Positions 54,433 to 57,561 of a DNA stretch of 57,561 bases are shown here, piece by piece. This DNA comes from Octopus bimaculoides (lineage: Eukaryota): NCBI RefSeq assembly GCF_001194135.2, contig NC_068995.1, positions 21,879,625 through 21,937,185 on the forward strand, read 5' to 3'. A program made the position numbers and the translations under genes. Each line of letters begins with the position of its first letter. Positions within the stretch are counted from its first letter, which is position 1. A model generated the notes under the pieces. The model saw only the letters and a list, made by a program, of their open reading frames with translations, ran no database searches and had not been told where the DNA came from.

Positions 54433-54763
54433 TATTGGAACTACGAGCTTAAATAGCACCAACCCTACCTCCCCTTCCAGAAAGACTAATGCAACTTAAA
54501 CTAAAATGTAAGGTTAACTTTACCTAATGCTATTCTTATACCACCATATGCATTAATATATCCACTAATTGTTCCTCATGCATCTCTTACACCATGCACT
54601 TTAACATACTCCTCAACATTCTGAAGAGATCCGCCAAATCATTTGGCACATCGAAACGTACGTAAATGACTCATTATATAATCTCCACATAATTAAATCA
54701 ATGGCTAACTGGCCCAGTTGACATGCTTCTTCTTGTGTTTGTTTCTCCATTTTCCACATAACA

Positions 54764-54798
<35 letters not shown>

Positions 54799-55606
54799 NN
54801 NNNNNNNNNNNNNNNNNNNNNNNNNNNNNNNNNNNNNNNNNNNNNNNNNNNNNNNNNNNNNNNNNNNNNNNNNNNNNNNNNNNNNNNNNNNNNNNNNNNN
54901 NNNNNNNNNNNNNNNNNNNNNNNNNNNNNNNNNNNNNNNNNNNNNNNNNNNNNNNNNNNNNNNNNNNNNNNNNNNNNNNNNNNNNNNNNNNNNNNNNNNN
55001 NNNNNNNNNNNNNNNNNNNNNNNNNNNNNNNNNNNNNNNNNNNNNNNNNNNNNNNNNNNNNNNNNNNNNNNNNNNNNNNNNNNNNNNNNNNNNNNNNNNN
55101 NNNNNNNNNNNNNNNNNNNNNNNNNNNNNNNNNNNNNNNNNNNNNNNNNNNNNNNNNNNNNNNNNNNNNNNNNNNNNNNNNNNNNNNNNNNNNNNNNNNN
55201 NNNNNNNNNNNNNNNNNNNNNNNNNNNNNNNNNNNNNNNNNNNNNNNNNNNNNNNNNNNNNNNNNNNNNNNNNNNNNNNNNNNNNNNNNNNNNNNNNNNN
55301 NNNNNNNNNNNNNNNNNNNNNNNNNNNNNNNNNNNNNNNNNNNNNNNNNNNNNNNNNNNNNNNNNNNNNNNNNNNNNNNNNNNNNNNNNNNNNNNNNNNN
55401 NNNNNNNNNNNNNNNNNNNNNNNNNNNNNNNNNNNNNNNNNNNNNNNNNNNNNNNNNNNNNNNNNNNNNNNNNNNNNNNNNNNNNNNNNNNNNNNNNNNN
55501 NNNNNNNNNNNNNNNNNNNNNNNNNNNNNNNNNNNNNNNNNNNNNNNNNNNNNNNNNNNNNNNNNNNNNNNNNNNNNNNNNNNNNNNNNNNNNNNNNNNN
55601 NNNNNA

Positions 55607-56030
55607 AGAAGAAGAAGAAGAAGAAGAAGAAGAAGAAGAAGAAGAAGAAGAAGAAGAAGAAGAAGAAGAAGAAGAAGAAGAAGAAGAAGAAGAAGAAGAA
55701 GAATTAAATACGGGAGTGGTATGACAGTAGTAGGATGTTGGAGTCCTTTGAAATGGTCAAGTGACCTAAATTTTGGAAGAGTCTTTGCAAGTCTACCAAA
55801 TAGACCGATGAGTAGTCTAGAAAATGAAGGAGAATATATCTTTAGATTAAAAATTAACTTTGTTTATCTTAATTTTGAAAAAAGAAGTAGAAAAAACCGC
55901 ATTCTTCTCCTCCTCCTCCTCCTCCTCCTCTTCTTCTTCTTCTTCTTCTTCTTCTTCTTCTTCTTCTTCTTCTTCTTCTTCTTCTTCTTCTTCTTCTTCT
56001 TCTGCAGCTACTACTACTGCTTAAACAATC
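55607..56030. repeat. (GAA)n (55607-55703) facing (CCT)n(CTT)n(CTA)n (about 55903-56030)
   Basis: Visible directly. Confidence 0.9.
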
Positions 56031-57561
56031 AAAACCGAGAACTTATATCAAATATTCTTTTAGGACTTCCACTACCTGCTACCTGCTACCAAGCCTTCAG
56101 AAGAGTAAAAAGAAAGATAGACAGAAAAAGGGAAAACGTCTTTTGCATTTGAAAACTATAGAAATATTTTAAAACAACACTTCATTTAATTTTTCCACNN
56201 NNNNNNNNNNNNNNNNNNNNNNNNNNNNNNNNNNNNNNNNNNNNNNNNNNNNNNNNNNNNNNNNNNNNNNNNNNNNNNNNNNNNNNNNNNNNNNNNNNNN
56301 NNNNNNNNNNNNNNNNNNNNNNNNNNNNNNNNNNNNNNNNNNNNNNNNNNNNNNNNNNNNNNNNNNNNNNNNNNNNNNNNNNNNNNNNNNNNNNNNNNNN
56401 NNNNNNNNNNNNNNNNNNNNNNNNNNNNNNNNNNNNNNNNNNNNNNNNNNNNNNNNNNNNNNNNNNNNNNNNNNNNNNNNNNNNNNNNNNNNNNNNNNNN
56501 NNNNNNNNNNNNNNNNNNNNNNNNNNNNNNNNNNNNNNNNNNNNNNNNNNNNNNNNNNNNNNNNNNNNNNNNNNNNNNNNNNNNNNNNTATATATATATA
56601 TATTCGTGTGGGTGCACAAAATCTCTTACACTACACAGAAAATATTTTCTTTAAGATATGACTTACTACCCTTTAATACGTTTTGATCTACACCGGGTGT
56701 TTTTCTTGGTTATTTTGCTCCCTTAAAAACCTATAAAATAATAACCAGCAAGAATAAAATTGTATAATTCAAGTAAGGAGATATCAAATCTAATTTTCTA
56801 TGCCAGAATATCAGTGTGTCTCTACATAGGAGTGGATGTCGGTGTAAGTGCATTGGAAAAGATTTGTAAAAAACAAAATCCCCATCATCCCTACTACTGG
56901 GATTGAAATGAGTAACTAAGGAATAAATGCTTTGGAAACAAATTTGGGTGGTACTTTTAGTTGTTGTTGCCGACTTTACAGAGACAAAAATTTAACGATT
57001 TCTGCTATGCCTGGGCTGTTCCCAGAAACTAGTAAGTAGCTCAAACTATATTTATCGCCTCTCCACTCATGAATATGCCATGAAAGATCATCTAATCAAT
57101 GTTCTAAACATGATTGGTTATGCACGGGATACCAGATATTGGTTATTAGATATCTGCATTCAGGTCATTCGCTTCGGATGAGGATAAGTTACTTAGCAAT
57201 TTCTTATCACTCCATAAGTTACTCAAAAAGACTTGAGTTTGTGTAGAGTCAGTCACAATCTCTCGTTGTTGAAGCTTGTATGGGTCGGCACTACAATCTC
57301 ATTTGTTATCATAAGATAGGATTTGTTTGTAGTTGCATTCTCTTAAATGAAGGGCTAAACAGCTAAAATGTCTAATAAATCGTGAGTTTGGTGGGGTCCC
57401 TATTAGTGACCTTCAGAAGACAATTCGGTGAAATGCCAATTAACCTATAGCTGGAACCATGACATGTTTAAACCAGACATCACTTTTGCACCAACTATAT
57501 ACATATACATATGTACATATAAATATATGCATAAACATATACATATATATATATATATATA

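Overview
AT-rich, repeat-dense eukaryotic DNA from a gapped short-read-style assembly (11 N-gaps, most flanked by microsatellites). The SINE families and microsatellite spectrum look like an octopus (coleoid cephalopod) genome; this is recognition from memory, not a database hit. I found no intact host gene, no RNA gene and no CRISPR or prokaryotic system, so the window reads as intergenic or large-intron DNA. Most ORFs in the track are microsatellite or N-run artefacts. Supported content: (i) Dong/R4-type non-LTR retrotransposon pieces, all associated with (AAT)n tracts (1-349 and a cluster at 26.36-29.64 kb); (ii) a decayed CR1-group LINE; (iii) a Penelope-like GIY-YIG fragment; (iv) an internally deleted Helitron with an intact 3' hairpin/CTAG end; (v) two Tc1/mariner remnants; (vi) about 16 tRNA-derived SINE copies of four structural types; (vii) many microsatellites. 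The most interesting unexplained structure is a 2.1-kb foldback-like element (52211-54322) with long modular inverted arms around a CA-rich minisatellite and a possible 8-bp target-site duplication. Other leads are near-perfect hairpins at 9416-9485 and 18511-18546, closely spaced inverted SINE pairs (possible ADAR substrates), and a 5'-only Dong/R4 fragment splitting another copy. None can be shown to be novel without database searches.
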